In this document: positions 38,886 to 49,345 of the stretch, piece after piece
How the letters are laid out: each line of letters opens with the position of its first letter
Position numbering within the stretch: the first letter of the stretch is position 1
Source: an uncultured Actinomycetota bacterium
Lineage (GTDB): Bacteria; Actinomycetota; Actinomycetes; JAHEKZ01
Length of the DNA stretch: 64,000 nt
Assembly: GCA_963829525.1 (NCBI GenBank)
Contig: CAWHIJ010000003.1
Coordinates: forward strand, 2,587,211 to 2,651,210
Direction of reading: 5' to 3'
Translations under genes and position numbers: made by a program
The notes under the pieces: model-generated
Database searches by the model: none
Told to the model about the DNA's origin: nothing
What the model saw: the letters and a program-made list of their open reading frames with translations, nothing else

Positions 38886-40550
38886 TCACGAGGCGACGAG
38901 GGGGTGCAGGGCAGCCAGCACCAGCAGCCGCATCACCCCGGCCATCTCTTGGCCCTGAGTGCTCAGGTCATCGAGAAAGACCTCAACCAGCCAGCCGTCA
39001 CCGTGCTCATCTGTCCCGCCTGCCGCGACGACGGCCGTCGCCTTGAGCCCGTCCAGAATGGCAACCTCTGCCGGGTCAGCCGTGGAGTCATTGGCAGCCA
39101 CGGCGTAAGAACCACCGCCGAGGGCGAACCGAGTCTGCGGGTAAGAGTCCACTTCGAAAGATCCGCTCAGCTCATCGCGCAGCTCGTCCGCTGCTATCTC
39201 CGATGGGCGTCGGTACAGGGAGAAGTCGACCGTGCGCACCGTGCCCGATGTGCTGCCCTTGAGCGATAGCCACCAGCCGACCCCATCGACGTGATGGGTG
39301 ACGAGGTCGGCGACGAGTCCCAGCCGGAACCTTGTGGTTTCGTCAGGCGCCTGATCGAGCGCACGCAGCACGGCATCGGTCAGGTGCCCAAGGGTCGACT
39401 CGTCACGGCCACGGAACATTCGGCGGTCGGGAGCCGCACTCTCGTCGGTATCGCTCAGTGAAACCGATTGGTCCGCCGGAAGCGGCCGACCAGCGACGAC
39501 CGGTACCCGTGATCTGATCCGCTTGGCCCGGTACTGGGCGGCGTCGGCCAGACGCAGCAGCCTGGCGGGGAGCTCGATCGCGCCAACGGCGTCTGTGGCC
39601 ACCACCACTCCACAGGCAAGCCCGTGAGGGAGCAGCTCCCACCCCTGCCGGCACGCCTCTTCAGCACCGTCGATCAGCTGGGCGGTGTCGGGGCCGCTCA
39701 CCGCGACGCAGAACTCGTCACCGCCCAGGCGAGCCACCAGCGAGTCGTCGAAGGGATGAGCAACTTCTGTCAAGATCTGTGCCAGCTGACGAAGCACCCG
39801 ATCGCCGGCATCGTGCCCCTGGTCGTCATTGATCCGTTTGAGCCCATTGAGGTCAACCACCGCAAGTCCAAGTGGCACCTGGCGGTCGCGCCACTTCACG
39901 ATGGCCTGATCAAGCCACTGATCCAGAGCTCGCCGGTTTGCCAACCCTGTCATCGAGTCGGTCTGCGCCAGAGCCTCGACTCGGTTTGCGTGGTCGACAC
40001 TCTCCATTGCGGCACTCACCTGGGCAGCAACAGCTGACACCCAGTCGAGATCGGACATCGTGAAGGACTCTCGCGAGTGATCACGCGAGACGAAGAGCTC
40101 ACCCCACCACTGACCGCCGTACAGCAGCGGCACACTGACGCAGCTCTTCTTCCGTAGCAGCTCGAGGTACTCCCGGTCGTCGGTGGCGATGGTTGGGTCC
40201 TCCAAGCTGAGGACCGCACCCAGCAGGCCCTCAGCCATGCCGGCGAGCCAGGTGCTCTGGTCAGCCTCGTAAACCTCGTCCTCCGGCTCTTCTTCTTCCC
40301 ACTCGACGAGATCACCGACGTTGAGGAGGACGCGTAGCACCTGACGCTCTGGATCCCAGACCCCCAAGGAAGCCGCATCGGCCTCACAGGCGCGGCAGGC
40401 CGCCAGCATGATCTGCTTGGTCGCCAGAGCCTTCGGGAGCCCCACCCCAGCACGGCCCACATCACTCAGAGCGCGCAGACGTGCCTCACTGCGCTCGCGC
40501 GCGCGAAGCGTCGCGGCGAGCGTTGATTCCCCACCCTCAGGTTCCGCCAT
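38886..40550 (-). CDS. GAF-GGDEF-(conserved C-terminal domain) diguanylate cyclase, paralogue 3
   Basis: Same architecture. Start placed at MAEPEGG, with an AAGGGGGAG ribosome-binding site 8 nt upstream. The longer listed ORF would overlap accD5. Confidence 0.85.
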   Translation of the reverse strand: MAEPEGGESTLAATLRARERSEARLRALSDVGRAGVGLPKALATKQIMLAACRACEADAASLGVWDPERQVLRVLLNVGDLVEWEEEEPEDEVYEADQSTWLAGMAEGLLGAVLSLEDPTIATDDREYLELLRKKSCVSVPLLYGGQWWGELFVSRDHSRESFTMSDLDWVSAVAAQVSAAMESVDHANRVEALAQTDSMTGLANRRALDQWLDQAIVKWRDRQVPLGLAVVDLNGLKRINDDQGHDAGDRVLRQLAQILTEVAHPFDDSLVARLGGDEFCVAVSGPDTAQLIDGAEEACRQGWELLPHGLACGVVVATDAVGAIELPARLLRLADAAQYRAKRIRSRVPVVAGRPLPADQSVSLSDTDESAAPDRRMFRGRDESTLGHLTDAVLRALDQAPDETTRFRLGLVADLVTHHVDGVGWWLSLKGSTSGTVRTVDFSLYRRPSEIAADELRDELSGSFEVDSYPQTRFALGGGSYAVAANDSTADPAEVAILDGLKATAVVAAGGTDEHGDGWLVEVFLDDLSTQGQEMAGVMRLLVLAALHPLVAS

Positions 40551-40681
40551 CGGCCCATTCTCCCCCTTGATCTTCGGCGCAGCGAGCCTTCTGCTGAACC
40601 GTGTCTCGACCGGGTAACCCCCTTGAGGCCCCCCGTCGCTACGCTGACCGCCACCTGTAGAACTCATCTCGCGAGCTCGGA

Positions 40682-42316
40682 GTGGGCATGGCTGCAAATC
40701 CCAGTGACTCTCCGTCCGGCCAGCCGGCTGCGACAACCGGCGTTGACCTGCACACGACAGCCGGCAAGCTCGCCCAGCTGCGCCACAAGCTCGATGAGGC
40801 CGTTCACGCCGGCTCAGCACGTGCGGTTGAAGCCCAGCACAAGCGCGGGAAACTCACTGCCAGGGAACGGGTGGAGACCTTCCTGGACCCAGGCTCATTT
40901 GTCGAGTTCGACGAGCTCGCCCGTCACCGGTCGCACAACTTCGGGATGCAGGAGAAACGTCCCTACGGTGACGGGGTCGTGACCGGTTCGGGCACCGTGG
41001 ACGGACGACAGGTTTTTGTCTTCGCCCAGGACTTCACCGTGTTCGGAGGATCGCTCGGTGAGGTCTTCGGCGAGAAGATCGTCAAGGTCATGGACATGGC
41101 GCTCAAGACAGGAGCTCCCGTCGTCGGGATGAACGACTCAGGTGGTGCTCGCATCCAGGAGGGTGTGACCTCGCTGGCCATGTACGGCGAGATCTTCTAC
41201 CGCAACGTGCAGGCGTCCGGGGTGATCCCTCAGATCTCGCTGGTCATGGGCCCATGCGCCGGAGGCGCGGTCTACTCACCTGCCATCACCGACTTCATCA
41301 TCATGGTCGACAAGACGTCGCACATGTTCATCACCGGACCTGAGGTCATCAAGACCGTGACCGGAGAGGACGTGGAGTTCGAAGAGCTCGGTGGCGCCAA
41401 GTCACACCAGGCCAAGAGCGGTGTCGCCCACTTCATGGCGGCCAGCGAGCAAGAGGCGCTCGAGCTCACCCAGCAGCTCCTCTCGTTCTTACCCAGCAAC
41501 AACCTCGATGAGCCCCCCGCCTTTGCCGTCGACGTCGTCGATGACGTCACCGACGATGACCTGGCCCTTGACACGTTGATCCCCGACTCGGCCAATCACC
41601 CCTATGACATGCACAAGGTCATCGAGACGATTGTCGACGACGGTGACTTCCTCGAGGTGCAGCCACTCTTCGCGCCGAACATGCTGATCGGATTCGGCCG
41701 CGTCGAGGGTCGGTCGCTCGGCGTCGTGGCCAACCAGCCGATGCAGTTCGCGGGAACCCTGGATATCGACGCATCCGAGAAGGCCGCCCGGTTCGTCCGC
41801 ACCTGCGATGCGTTCAACATCCCGGTGCTGACGCTGGTTGATGTCCCGGGCTTCTTGCCCGGAACCGACCAGGAGTGGGGCGGCATCATCAGACGCGGTG
41901 CCAAGCTGATCTACGCCTACGCCGAGGCCACAGTTCCGTTGGTCACGGTGATCACCCGCAAGGCCTACGGCGGGGCGTACGACGTCATGGGGTCCAAGCA
42001 CCTCGGCGCCGACATCAACCTGGCCTGGCCGACCGGTCAGATCGCCGTCATGGGTGCACAGGGAGCGGTCAACATCTTGCACCGCAAGGAGATCTCGGCG
42101 GCCACCGAGCGCGGAGAACTGGACGCGACCCGCGCCGACCTGATCGAGAGCTATGAGGACACCCTGCTCAATCCCTACCTGGCAGCCGAGCGTGGCTACA
42201 TCGACGCCGTCATCGAACCCTCTGCGACTCGGGTCCAGGTGATGCGTGCCCTCCGAATGCTGCGCACCAAGCGAGCCAACCGGCCGCCGAAGAAGCACGG
42301 GAACATCCCACTGTGA
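40682..42316 (+). CDS. accD5: Acyl-CoA (propionyl-CoA) carboxylase carboxyltransferase beta subunit
   Basis: Carboxyl-transferase domain similar to PccB/AccD5. Followed by a small epsilon subunit gene, as in mycobacteria. Confidence 0.9.
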   Translation: MGMAANPSDSPSGQPAATTGVDLHTTAGKLAQLRHKLDEAVHAGSARAVEAQHKRGKLTARERVETFLDPGSFVEFDELARHRSHNFGMQEKRPYGDGVVTGSGTVDGRQVFVFAQDFTVFGGSLGEVFGEKIVKVMDMALKTGAPVVGMNDSGGARIQEGVTSLAMYGEIFYRNVQASGVIPQISLVMGPCAGGAVYSPAITDFIIMVDKTSHMFITGPEVIKTVTGEDVEFEELGGAKSHQAKSGVAHFMAASEQEALELTQQLLSFLPSNNLDEPPAFAVDVVDDVTDDDLALDTLIPDSANHPYDMHKVIETIVDDGDFLEVQPLFAPNMLIGFGRVEGRSLGVVANQPMQFAGTLDIDASEKAARFVRTCDAFNIPVLTLVDVPGFLPGTDQEWGGIIRRGAKLIYAYAEATVPLVTVITRKAYGGAYDVMGSKHLGADINLAWPTGQIAVMGAQGAVNILHRKEISAATERGELDATRADLIESYEDTLLNPYLAAERGYIDAVIEPSATRVQVMRALRMLRTKRANRPPKKHGNIPL

Positions 42317-42555
42317 GCGGGTCAGAGGGGCAGCCGGACAACATCGCCAGGCGTCCTCGGCTGCGAGTCGTGTCTGGAGACCCGACGCCAGACGAGCTCG
42401 CTGCCCTGCTGATCGTTCTTGCCGCCCGCACCCCCGGTGACGACGCCCGCTCCGCGGCTCCCAAGCGGTCCCTTTGGGCCGCGCGCTCTCGACAGGTGCG
42501 ACCATCGTTGGGAGCCGGGCCAAGCGCCTGGCGGGCATCGACGCTACCCAGATGA
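42313..42555 (+). CDS. Acyl-CoA carboxylase epsilon subunit (AccE5-like)
   Basis: 80 aa. GTGA overlap with the accD5 stop. Conserved position and size. Confidence 0.6.
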   Translation: MSGSEGQPDNIARRPRLRVVSGDPTPDELAALLIVLAARTPGDDARSAAPKRSLWAARSRQVRPSLGAGPSAWRASTLPR

Positions 42556-43241
42556 GGTTCGTGCTCGCCTCGGCATCGCCGGCCAGGCTGGGGCTCCTGC
42601 AGGCTGCTGGCGTCGAGCCGGAGGTCGTCGTGAGTGGCGTGGACGAGGACGCCGCCCTCGGACCTCCGGGTGAGCTCGCCCTCGTTCTGGCCGAGCACAA
42701 GGCTCGCGCCGTCGCCGACCGGCTCGCGCTCGAGGTCCACGACGCCAATTCCGGTCCGACACTGGTGCTCGGCTGCGACTCCGTCCTGGAGCGAGCTGGC
42801 GTCGCCTACGGGAAGCCGGTTGACGCGTCGGACGCCGCCGCACGTTGGCGGGAAATGCGTGGTCAGGAGGGCGTGCTGCACACCGGGCACTGCCTGATAG
42901 CGCTCGGCCACGGGAGTTCGGGCCACGGGAGTTCGGGCCACGGGAGTTCGGGCCACAGCGGTTCAGAACACGGGGGCGCTGACCACCGCAGCATCAGCGC
43001 CTTGGCATCGGCGACAGTCCGCTTCGGTTCCCCGAGTGACGCCGAGATCGAGGCCTACGTGGCCACCGGGGAACCGCTCCGCGTCGCCGGTGGATTCACC
43101 CTCGACCGGCTCGGCGGCTGGTTCGTGGACGGAATCGACGGCGACCCTGGCACCGTCCTCGGCCTCTCCCTGCCGCTGCTCCGGCGGCTGCTGGCCGATC
43201 TAGGTGTCGAGGTCCCTTCACTGTGGGCCCGCTCTCTCTGA
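42552..43241 (+). CDS. maf: Maf-family nucleoside-triphosphate pyrophosphatase, with an internal GHGSS low-complexity insertion
   Basis: Maf N-terminal motif [16 protein letters not shown] overlap with the accE5 stop. Confidence 0.8.
   Translation: MRFVLASASPARLGLLQAAGVEPEVVVSGVDEDAALGPPGELALVLAEHKARAVADRLALEVHDANSGPTLVLGCDSVLERAGVAYGKPVDASDAAARWREMRGQEGVLHTGHCLIALGHGSSGHGSSGHGSSGHSGSEHGGADHRSISALASATVRFGSPSDAEIEAYVATGEPLRVAGGFTLDRLGGWFVDGIDGDPGTVLGLSLPLLRRLLADLGVEVPSLWARSL
42906..42950. repeat. 15-bp tandem repeat x3 (ggccacgggagttcg) inside maf, encoding GHGSS x3
   Basis: Direct inspection. A partial fourth copy follows. Confidence 0.85.
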
Positions 43242-43368
43242 CGGGTGCGATGTCAACCCCATCCCGGTCAGCGTCAGGCACGCAGCACCCATCCATCCAC
43301 AGGGGACCAGTCCCGGCCCTAGACTGCGCCGGAACCGTCAGTCGTGAGGTTTCCCGCAAGGAGTCGCA

Positions 43369-45129
43369 GTGCGCAAGGTCTTGATCGCCAACCGTGGCGA
43401 GATCGCTGTTCGGGTCGCACGTGCCTGTCGCGACGCCGGACTCACATCGGTGGCGATCTACGCCGACTCCGACCGCGACGCCCCACACGTGAGGGCAGCG
43501 GACGAGGCGTACGCCCTGGAGGGTGACACGCCAGCGGCGAGCTACCTCGACATGAGCAAGGTGCTTGGTGTCGCAGCGCGCGCGGGCGCTGACGCCGTAC
43601 ACCCCGGATACGGGTTCCTGTCCGAGAACGCCGACTTCGCCCAAGCAGTCATGGACGCCGGACTTACCTGGATCGGCCCACCGCCTGCCGCGATCAGGGC
43701 GCTGGGCGACAAGGTGCAGGCGCGGCACATCGCACAGGCGGTCGACGCTCCGCAGGTCGCCGGTACGGCCGATCCGGTGAGCGGGGCCGACGAAGTCGTT
43801 GCTTTCGCCAAGGAGCACGGCCTCCCCATTGCGATCAAGGCCGCTTTCGGCGGCGGCGGCCGAGGGCTCAAGGTCGCCAAGACGCTCGACGAGATCCCCG
43901 AGCTCTACGACTCCGCTGTTCGCGAGGCCGTCACCGCGTTCGGTCGGGGAGAGTGCTTCGTCGAGCGCTACCTCGACCGACCCAGGCACGTCGAGACGCA
44001 GTGTCTTGCAGACCAGCACGGCAACGTCGTTGTCGTCTCGACCCGCGACTGCTCCCTTCAGCGCCGTCACCAGAAGCTCGTCGAGGAGGCGCCGGCGCCG
44101 TTTCTTTCCCCTGAGCAGAACGCGCAGATCTACCGTGCTTCAAAGGCAATCCTGCTCAAGGCCGGCTATGTGGGAGCCGGCACGTGCGAGTTCCTCGTTG
44201 GGCAGGACGGAACCATCTCCTTCCTCGAGGTGAACACTCGCCTGCAGGTCGAGCACCCGGTCACCGAAGAGGTCACCGGCATCGACCTCGTCCGCGAGAT
44301 GTTCCGCATCGCCGATGGCGAGGAACTCGGCTACAACGACCCGGCCATCCGCGGTCACTCCTTCGAGTTCCGGATCAACGGCGAAGATCCCGGCCGCGGT
44401 TTCCTGCCAGCGCCGGGTCCGGTGACGGTTTGGAGACCACCCTCAGGACCTGGCGTCCGGCTCGATGCCGGAGTCGAGCAGGGGTCGGTCATCGGGCAGA
44501 ACTTCGACTCATTGCTCGCCAAACTCGTCGTGACAGGCGCTACCCGCCAGCAGGCGGTCGAGCGCTCGCGACGCGCACTTGCCGAGTTCGAGGTCGACGG
44601 CATGGCCACCGCACTGCCCTTCCACCGTGCCGTCATGCACGACCCGGACTTCGCGCCCGACGAGCCCGAGCAGCCGTTCGCCGTCCACACCCGTTGGATC
44701 GAGACCGAGTTCGAAAACAAGATCGAGCCATTCACCGGCGGTGGCGATACGCCGGAGTCAGCCGACCGCGAGACGGTGACCGTCGAGGTCGGTGGCAAGC
44801 GGCTCGAGGTGACGCTGCCGGCCGGTCTCGCCCTGGGCAGCAGCGCCCCTGCATCGACCGGCAGAGCGGCACCACGTCGGTCGACCAAGCGCGGCGCTGG
44901 GGCAGCGGCGTCCGGCGCCGACCTAGCCAGCCCGATGCAGGGAACCATCGTCAAGATCGCCGTCGAAGAAGGCCAGCGGGTGGAGGCCGGCGAACTCGTC
45001 GTCGTCCTGGAGGCGATGAAGATGGAGCAGCCGCTCAACGCGCACAAGGCCGGGACAATCACCGGGCTCGCCGCCGAGATCGGGCAGACGCTCGCCGCCG
45101 GCGCGATCATCTGCATGATCGCCGACTAG
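43369..45129 (+). CDS. accA3: Acyl-CoA carboxylase alpha subunit (biotin carboxylase plus biotin carboxyl-carrier domain)
   Basis: Biotin-carboxylase N-terminus [12 protein letters not shown] and a C-terminal EAMKM biotinylation motif. GTG start with an AAGGAG ribosome-binding site. Confidence 0.9.
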   Translation: MRKVLIANRGEIAVRVARACRDAGLTSVAIYADSDRDAPHVRAADEAYALEGDTPAASYLDMSKVLGVAARAGADAVHPGYGFLSENADFAQAVMDAGLTWIGPPPAAIRALGDKVQARHIAQAVDAPQVAGTADPVSGADEVVAFAKEHGLPIAIKAAFGGGGRGLKVAKTLDEIPELYDSAVREAVTAFGRGECFVERYLDRPRHVETQCLADQHGNVVVVSTRDCSLQRRHQKLVEEAPAPFLSPEQNAQIYRASKAILLKAGYVGAGTCEFLVGQDGTISFLEVNTRLQVEHPVTEEVTGIDLVREMFRIADGEELGYNDPAIRGHSFEFRINGEDPGRGFLPAPGPVTVWRPPSGPGVRLDAGVEQGSVIGQNFDSLLAKLVVTGATRQQAVERSRRALAEFEVDGMATALPFHRAVMHDPDFAPDEPEQPFAVHTRWIETEFENKIEPFTGGGDTPESADRETVTVEVGGKRLEVTLPAGLALGSSAPASTGRAAPRRSTKRGAGAAASGADLASPMQGTIVKIAVEEGQRVEAGELVVVLEAMKMEQPLNAHKAGTITGLAAEIGQTLAAGAIICMIAD

Positions 45130-45150
45130 CTGGCGGGTCAAGGAGGTTTC

Positions 45151-45759
45151 ATGGGCGTCGACTGGCCGGAACTGACGGTCGACCAGCTCGACTGGCACTG
45201 GAACTACCAGCTGCGACCGCGTCTCGCTGGCCTGAGCGATCACGAGTACCACTGGGAGCCGGTCCCCGACTGCTGGCGCATCTGTCCAGCCGAGGCGTCG
45301 ACATCGGTTCCACTCTGGGGCAGCGGACCGTTCCGCATGGAGCAGGCGGAGGGCGACCCCGATCCGGCGCCGGTCACGACCATCGCCTGGCGCATCGCCC
45401 ACATCATCGTCGAGGTCTTCGGCGAACGGGTGCACTCGCATTTTGGCGGGCCAGCAGTGACGCTCGACGACTTCGCATTCGCCGGGACGGCTGAGGAGGC
45501 GCTCGCGCAGCTCGATGCTGCTCATACCGCCTGGTCTGAGGGTTCCCGCGCCCTCGGCGCCGAAGGAATGGCGCGTCCCTGCGGACCCGCCGAGGGGCCT
45601 TTTGCCGCAATGCCGTTGGCCGGTCTGGTGCTGCACATCAACCGCGAAGTCATTCACCACGGTGCCGAGATCGCCCTGCTGCGTGACCTGTACCTGCACC
45701 AGCCAAACCAGCCCTCCCCGACAGGATCGACACCTGGCGTGCGTCCGAAGGGATCCTGA
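45151..45759 (+). CDS. DinB/YfiT-like (DinB_2 superfamily) putative metal-dependent hydrolase
   Basis: Conserved His residues in a four-helix bundle pattern. Weak family assignment. Confidence 0.55.
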   Translation: MGVDWPELTVDQLDWHWNYQLRPRLAGLSDHEYHWEPVPDCWRICPAEASTSVPLWGSGPFRMEQAEGDPDPAPVTTIAWRIAHIIVEVFGERVHSHFGGPAVTLDDFAFAGTAEEALAQLDAAHTAWSEGSRALGAEGMARPCGPAEGPFAAMPLAGLVLHINREVIHHGAEIALLRDLYLHQPNQPSPTGSTPGVRPKGS

Positions 45760-46136
45760 TGGCCGTCCAGCTCAACCACACCATCGTGTCGGTCCGCGAC
45801 AAGCAGAAGTCCGCCAGCTTCGTCAGCGACCTGCTCGGCCTCCGATCCCCGACGACCTACGGGCCATTTCTCGTTGTCGATGTCGACAACGGTGTGTCGT
45901 TGGACTTCTACGAGGTGCAGGACGCCATCCATCCGCAGCACTACGCGTTTCTGGTGAGCGAGAGCGAGTTCGACGAGATCTTTGGACGCATTCGTCAACG
46001 CGATCTGCCCTACTGGGCCGATCCCGGGCAGGAGCGACTCGGCGAGATCAACACCAACGATGGAGGACGCGGGCTCTACTGGGAGGAACCGAGCGGGCAT
46101 CTGCTTGAGATCATCACCCGACCGTATGGTGGCTGA
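45759..46136 (+). CDS. VOC (glyoxalase/bleomycin-resistance) family protein
   Basis: 125 aa with a beta-alpha-beta-beta-beta VOC fold pattern. Confidence 0.7.
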   Translation: MAVQLNHTIVSVRDKQKSASFVSDLLGLRSPTTYGPFLVVDVDNGVSLDFYEVQDAIHPQHYAFLVSESEFDEIFGRIRQRDLPYWADPGQERLGEINTNDGGRGLYWEEPSGHLLEIITRPYGG

Positions 46137-46574
46137 GTGCGAGTGCGACAGGCTGTGCTGGCCGACCTACCGGAGATGGCAGCCACCGACGGGGCCTTGA
46201 CCCAAGGTTCGCCGCGCTGGGACGAGGTTCAGGACCTCTTGGCCGGGGGTCGGTGCCTGCTCGGTGAGGTGCTGAGTGGCGAGACTCCATCGGTGGTTGG
46301 CTACGTCGCAGTCGCTCCGCACCACTTCTTCGGACGTGACTTCATCGCGTTGCTCGTTGTCGCAGATGCATGGCGCAGGCGTGGAGTCGGAAGGCAACTC
46401 CTCAACGCTGCAACCCGCCTGGCAACGACAGACGTCGTGTTCACCTCTACCAACGAGTCCAATCAACCCATGCTGGCGCTGCTCAGCCACGAGCATTGGT
46501 TGGTCAGCGGAACTCTCAACGGCCTGGACGACGGTGACCCTGAGATCGTGTTCTACCGTCGAGCCAGATCATGA
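46137..46574 (+). CDS. GNAT-family N-acetyltransferase
   Basis: Acetyl-CoA-binding motif RRRGVGRQLL. Confidence 0.75.
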   Translation: MRVRQAVLADLPEMAATDGALTQGSPRWDEVQDLLAGGRCLLGEVLSGETPSVVGYVAVAPHHFFGRDFIALLVVADAWRRRGVGRQLLNAATRLATTDVVFTSTNESNQPMLALLSHEHWLVSGTLNGLDDGDPEIVFYRRARS

Positions 46575-47419
46575 CTGACGAGACCCGCGATGTACCCGCC
46601 CACGTTCGGGCCTCCGGTTCAAAGCGCCGGGTCCACAGGGTCCAACTCGAGACCGGGGTCTCCCTCGCATATGTGGAACACGGCGACCCATCGGGCCCCA
46701 CTCTCCTTCTGCTACATGCCTTTGGCGAGTCGCTGCGCTGTTTCGATCGTCTAACCCCGTTGCTGCCTGAAACTCTTCGCGTGTTGGCGATCGACCAGCG
46801 TGGCCACGGCCAGGCTGATAGGCCGGTACACGGATACGACCTCGAGTCGTTGGCGGTCGACATCGTGGCGTTCATGGACGCGGTCGGTTTGTCGTCTGTC
46901 GTGCTGGTGGGTTCCTCCAGTGGCGGATACGTGGCCCAGCAGGTGGCCGTGCAGATCCCCTCAAGGGTTTCGAGGCTCGTTCTCATCGGATCGCCGCGCA
47001 GCCTGCGAGGCAGGCCGGAATTCTCCGACGAGGTGGACTTGCTCACCGACCCCATCGACCCGGACTGGGCCAGAGCTTTTCTCAGTTCCATTCCGCTCTG
47101 CCATGACGTGCCGGACTGGTACCTCGAGGACCGGGTTCGCGATGCGGTTCTCATTCCGGCCGACGTGTGGCGGGCAAGCCTCGCTGGTCTGACCACCTCG
47201 CCGGCACCAACCGACGCAGGGGCGATCTCGACTCCGACACTGATTCTCTGGGGCGACCACGACGGGCTACTGACGCTAGAAGACCAGAAGACTCTAACGA
47301 CCAAGATCCCGGGATCGCGGTTCGTCGTGTACGAGGATGTCGGCCACCTCGTTCTTTGGGAACAGCCCGAGCGAGTCGCCCGCGATATCACCATCTTCCT
47401 CCGGGGGCTGCGGGCCTAA
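46571..47419 (+). CDS. Alpha/beta-fold hydrolase
   Basis: HAFG oxyanion motif and the GSSSGG nucleophile elbow. ATGA overlap with the GNAT stop. Confidence 0.8.
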   Translation: MTDETRDVPAHVRASGSKRRVHRVQLETGVSLAYVEHGDPSGPTLLLLHAFGESLRCFDRLTPLLPETLRVLAIDQRGHGQADRPVHGYDLESLAVDIVAFMDAVGLSSVVLVGSSSGGYVAQQVAVQIPSRVSRLVLIGSPRSLRGRPEFSDEVDLLTDPIDPDWARAFLSSIPLCHDVPDWYLEDRVRDAVLIPADVWRASLAGLTTSPAPTDAGAISTPTLILWGDHDGLLTLEDQKTLTTKIPGSRFVVYEDVGHLVLWEQPERVARDITIFLRGLRA

Positions 47420-47442
47420 TGCCTCTGTCAGAGCCACGCGCC

Positions 47443-47465
47443 CAGACACACACTGGGCGTGTCTG
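47443..47465. terminator. Hairpin (cagacac-N9-gtgtctg) just downstream of the hydrolase stop
   Basis: Direct inspection. No U-tract follows. Confidence 0.25.
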
Positions 47466-47571
47466 CTGACCGATGGGAAGAGGGACGGTGAGTTCTCGTG
47501 CCACGCCCAAGGCGACCGCACCCAGGCGTTCCAGTCCGACTTTCAACCGCCGACCCCACGAGAGGATCACC

Positions 47572-48009
47572 ATGACCTCGCCAACCGCCTTTGAACCTGC
47601 CCCGGTGAATGTGAGGATCAAGCTCTCCGCGCTGTGGACGTCCATGATGCTCGTCTTCGCGTACGTCGACCTCTTCAGCCTCTATCGGCCCGACGTCCGA
47701 GCCGACATCGAGGCGGGCCAGATCAGTGGGTTCACCGTCGACCGAACGTTCCTCCTGCTGACAACTGCCTACGTCGTCATCCCCAGCGTCATGGTGTTCG
47801 GCGCTCTGGTCCTAAGACCCCAGATCAACCGCATCGCAAACCTCGTGCTGAGCGTTGTCTATGCCCTCACCATCATCGGTGGTGCGATGGGCGAATGGAG
47901 TTACTACGTCTTTGGCAGCGGGATCGAGGTCGCGCTGCTCGCGGGCATCGCCTACTACGCCTGGACCTGGCCGCGGGAGTCCCGACCCCTGGCGGGCGCC
48001 GAAAGCTGA
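47572..48009 (+). CDS. Small membrane protein (four TM helices, unknown function)
   Basis: Hydrophobic segments. Start placed at MTSPTAF. Confidence 0.5.
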   Translation: MTSPTAFEPAPVNVRIKLSALWTSMMLVFAYVDLFSLYRPDVRADIEAGQISGFTVDRTFLLLTTAYVVIPSVMVFGALVLRPQINRIANLVLSVVYALTIIGGAMGEWSYYVFGSGIEVALLAGIAYYAWTWPRESRPLAGAES

Positions 48010-48057
48010 AATGTAATGCCACCTAGGGCCAGCTTGCGCGTCGATCGCCGTCCATCG

Positions 48058-49323
48058 CTACAGCCGGTCCCCCACCTCGTCGGCCGCCCGCACACCTGAT
48101 CGCAGCGCGCCCTCCATCAACCCGGCCCAGTCACCCGCCGTATGTTCCCCCGCAAAGTGCAGCGCGCCAACCGCCCGCTGCATTACCTCGTCGTCCTCGG
48201 GACGCCAGTCGGTCGTGACCGCACTGTACGCCTCACGGGAGAAGGGTTCGTCGGCCCACGTCGTGACAACGGCCCGTTCGACATCAAGCGGCAGGTCGTC
48301 GCGCAAGGACGCCGCCCGCTCGGCCCAGGTGCGCGGACCAGCTTCGACCTGAAGCGCGTCCAGGGCCGGGCCAGACCCGGAGAAGCAGTGCAGCATCGGC
48401 TGGACGGATCCGCTGATGTCAGTTGCTGTCCATGTCCAGAATCGTTCGGGGACACTCTGCACTGCCGACCACGGCACGTCCCTTGAGCCCGGGCGAAAGG
48501 GAATGTGCAGCTTGGCCGCCTGCCCTACTCCCGCGCGCGTCCATGCCTCCGACTTCCACTGTGGGAGGGGTGGGTCGAAGGACATTTCCCGTGTCACGGC
48601 CATAGGGGTCGCCACAACGGCCGCCTCAGCGTCGAGCTCACCACTTTCAGTGAATACACGCACGGTGTGCTCGCTCCACTCCATCCGGTGCACAACCTCA
48701 CCGAGGCGTAGTGCATCGCCGAGCCGCTCGGCGAGCTCATTGGCCACCAGCTGGTTGCCCCCTGAGACCCGGAACGAGGGCTTGGGCTCGAAGGCAACCG
48801 TCACGTCGGCGGCGGCCGCCGCCCCTAGCCGCTCGACCGGACAGGCATTGGTCACCTCGATGCGCGAGCGAAAAGCTTCCAGTGCATCCGGATCGATCCG
48901 CGACGCCACCTCGTCGAGGATCTTGGACAGAGCCGTGCCCGGTACCGCCGTCGAAGCCGCCTGCGCGATGACCGCAGCGGCGGCAGCGACGTCGTCATGG
49001 GTAGCACTCACACCGCGGGGCTCACGCACGTAGTACGACATCCCCATTGGCGCCAGAGCGAGTCCGCACTGGTCCATGACCTGCCGCATCACGTCGTAGC
49101 CGGCCAACACGAACTCTGCACCCCGCTCGATGACCGTCCGAGGGTCGCCAGGTACCAGCTCCTCGGACCACACGCGACCCCCGACCCGGTCCCGCGCCTC
49201 CAAGACAACGACCTCGTGTCCGGCCTGGCGCATCCGCCAGGCCGCCATCAACCCTGCAAAGCCTGCCCCCACGACCACAACGCGCACGACGGTTCCCCAA
49301 TCCGATAGCAGCTGGTTCGACAT
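48058..49323 (-). CDS. Flavin-containing amine oxidase family protein
   Basis: FAD-binding motif VVVVGAGFAGL...VLEARDRVGGR. Confidence 0.8.
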   Translation of the reverse strand: MSNQLLSDWGTVVRVVVVGAGFAGLMAAWRMRQAGHEVVVLEARDRVGGRVWSEELVPGDPRTVIERGAEFVLAGYDVMRQVMDQCGLALAPMGMSYYVREPRGVSATHDDVAAAAAVIAQAASTAVPGTALSKILDEVASRIDPDALEAFRSRIEVTNACPVERLGAAAAADVTVAFEPKPSFRVSGGNQLVANELAERLGDALRLGEVVHRMEWSEHTVRVFTESGELDAEAAVVATPMAVTREMSFDPPLPQWKSEAWTRAGVGQAAKLHIPFRPGSRDVPWSAVQSVPERFWTWTATDISGSVQPMLHCFSGSGPALDALQVEAGPRTWAERAASLRDDLPLDVERAVVTTWADEPFSREAYSAVTTDWRPEDDEVMQRAVGALHFAGEHTAGDWAGLMEGALRSGVRAADEVGDRL

Positions 49324-49345
49324 TCTGGTCTGTCAGAGTGAAGCC

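Noticed and set aside
40551-40820. 5' extension of diguanylate cyclase paralogue 3 (ORF start at 40820)
   Set aside because: It would overlap the divergent accD5 start by ~140 nt and is Arg/Cys-rich. An internal ATG at 40550 has a strong ribosome-binding site and aligns with the N-termini of the paralogues.
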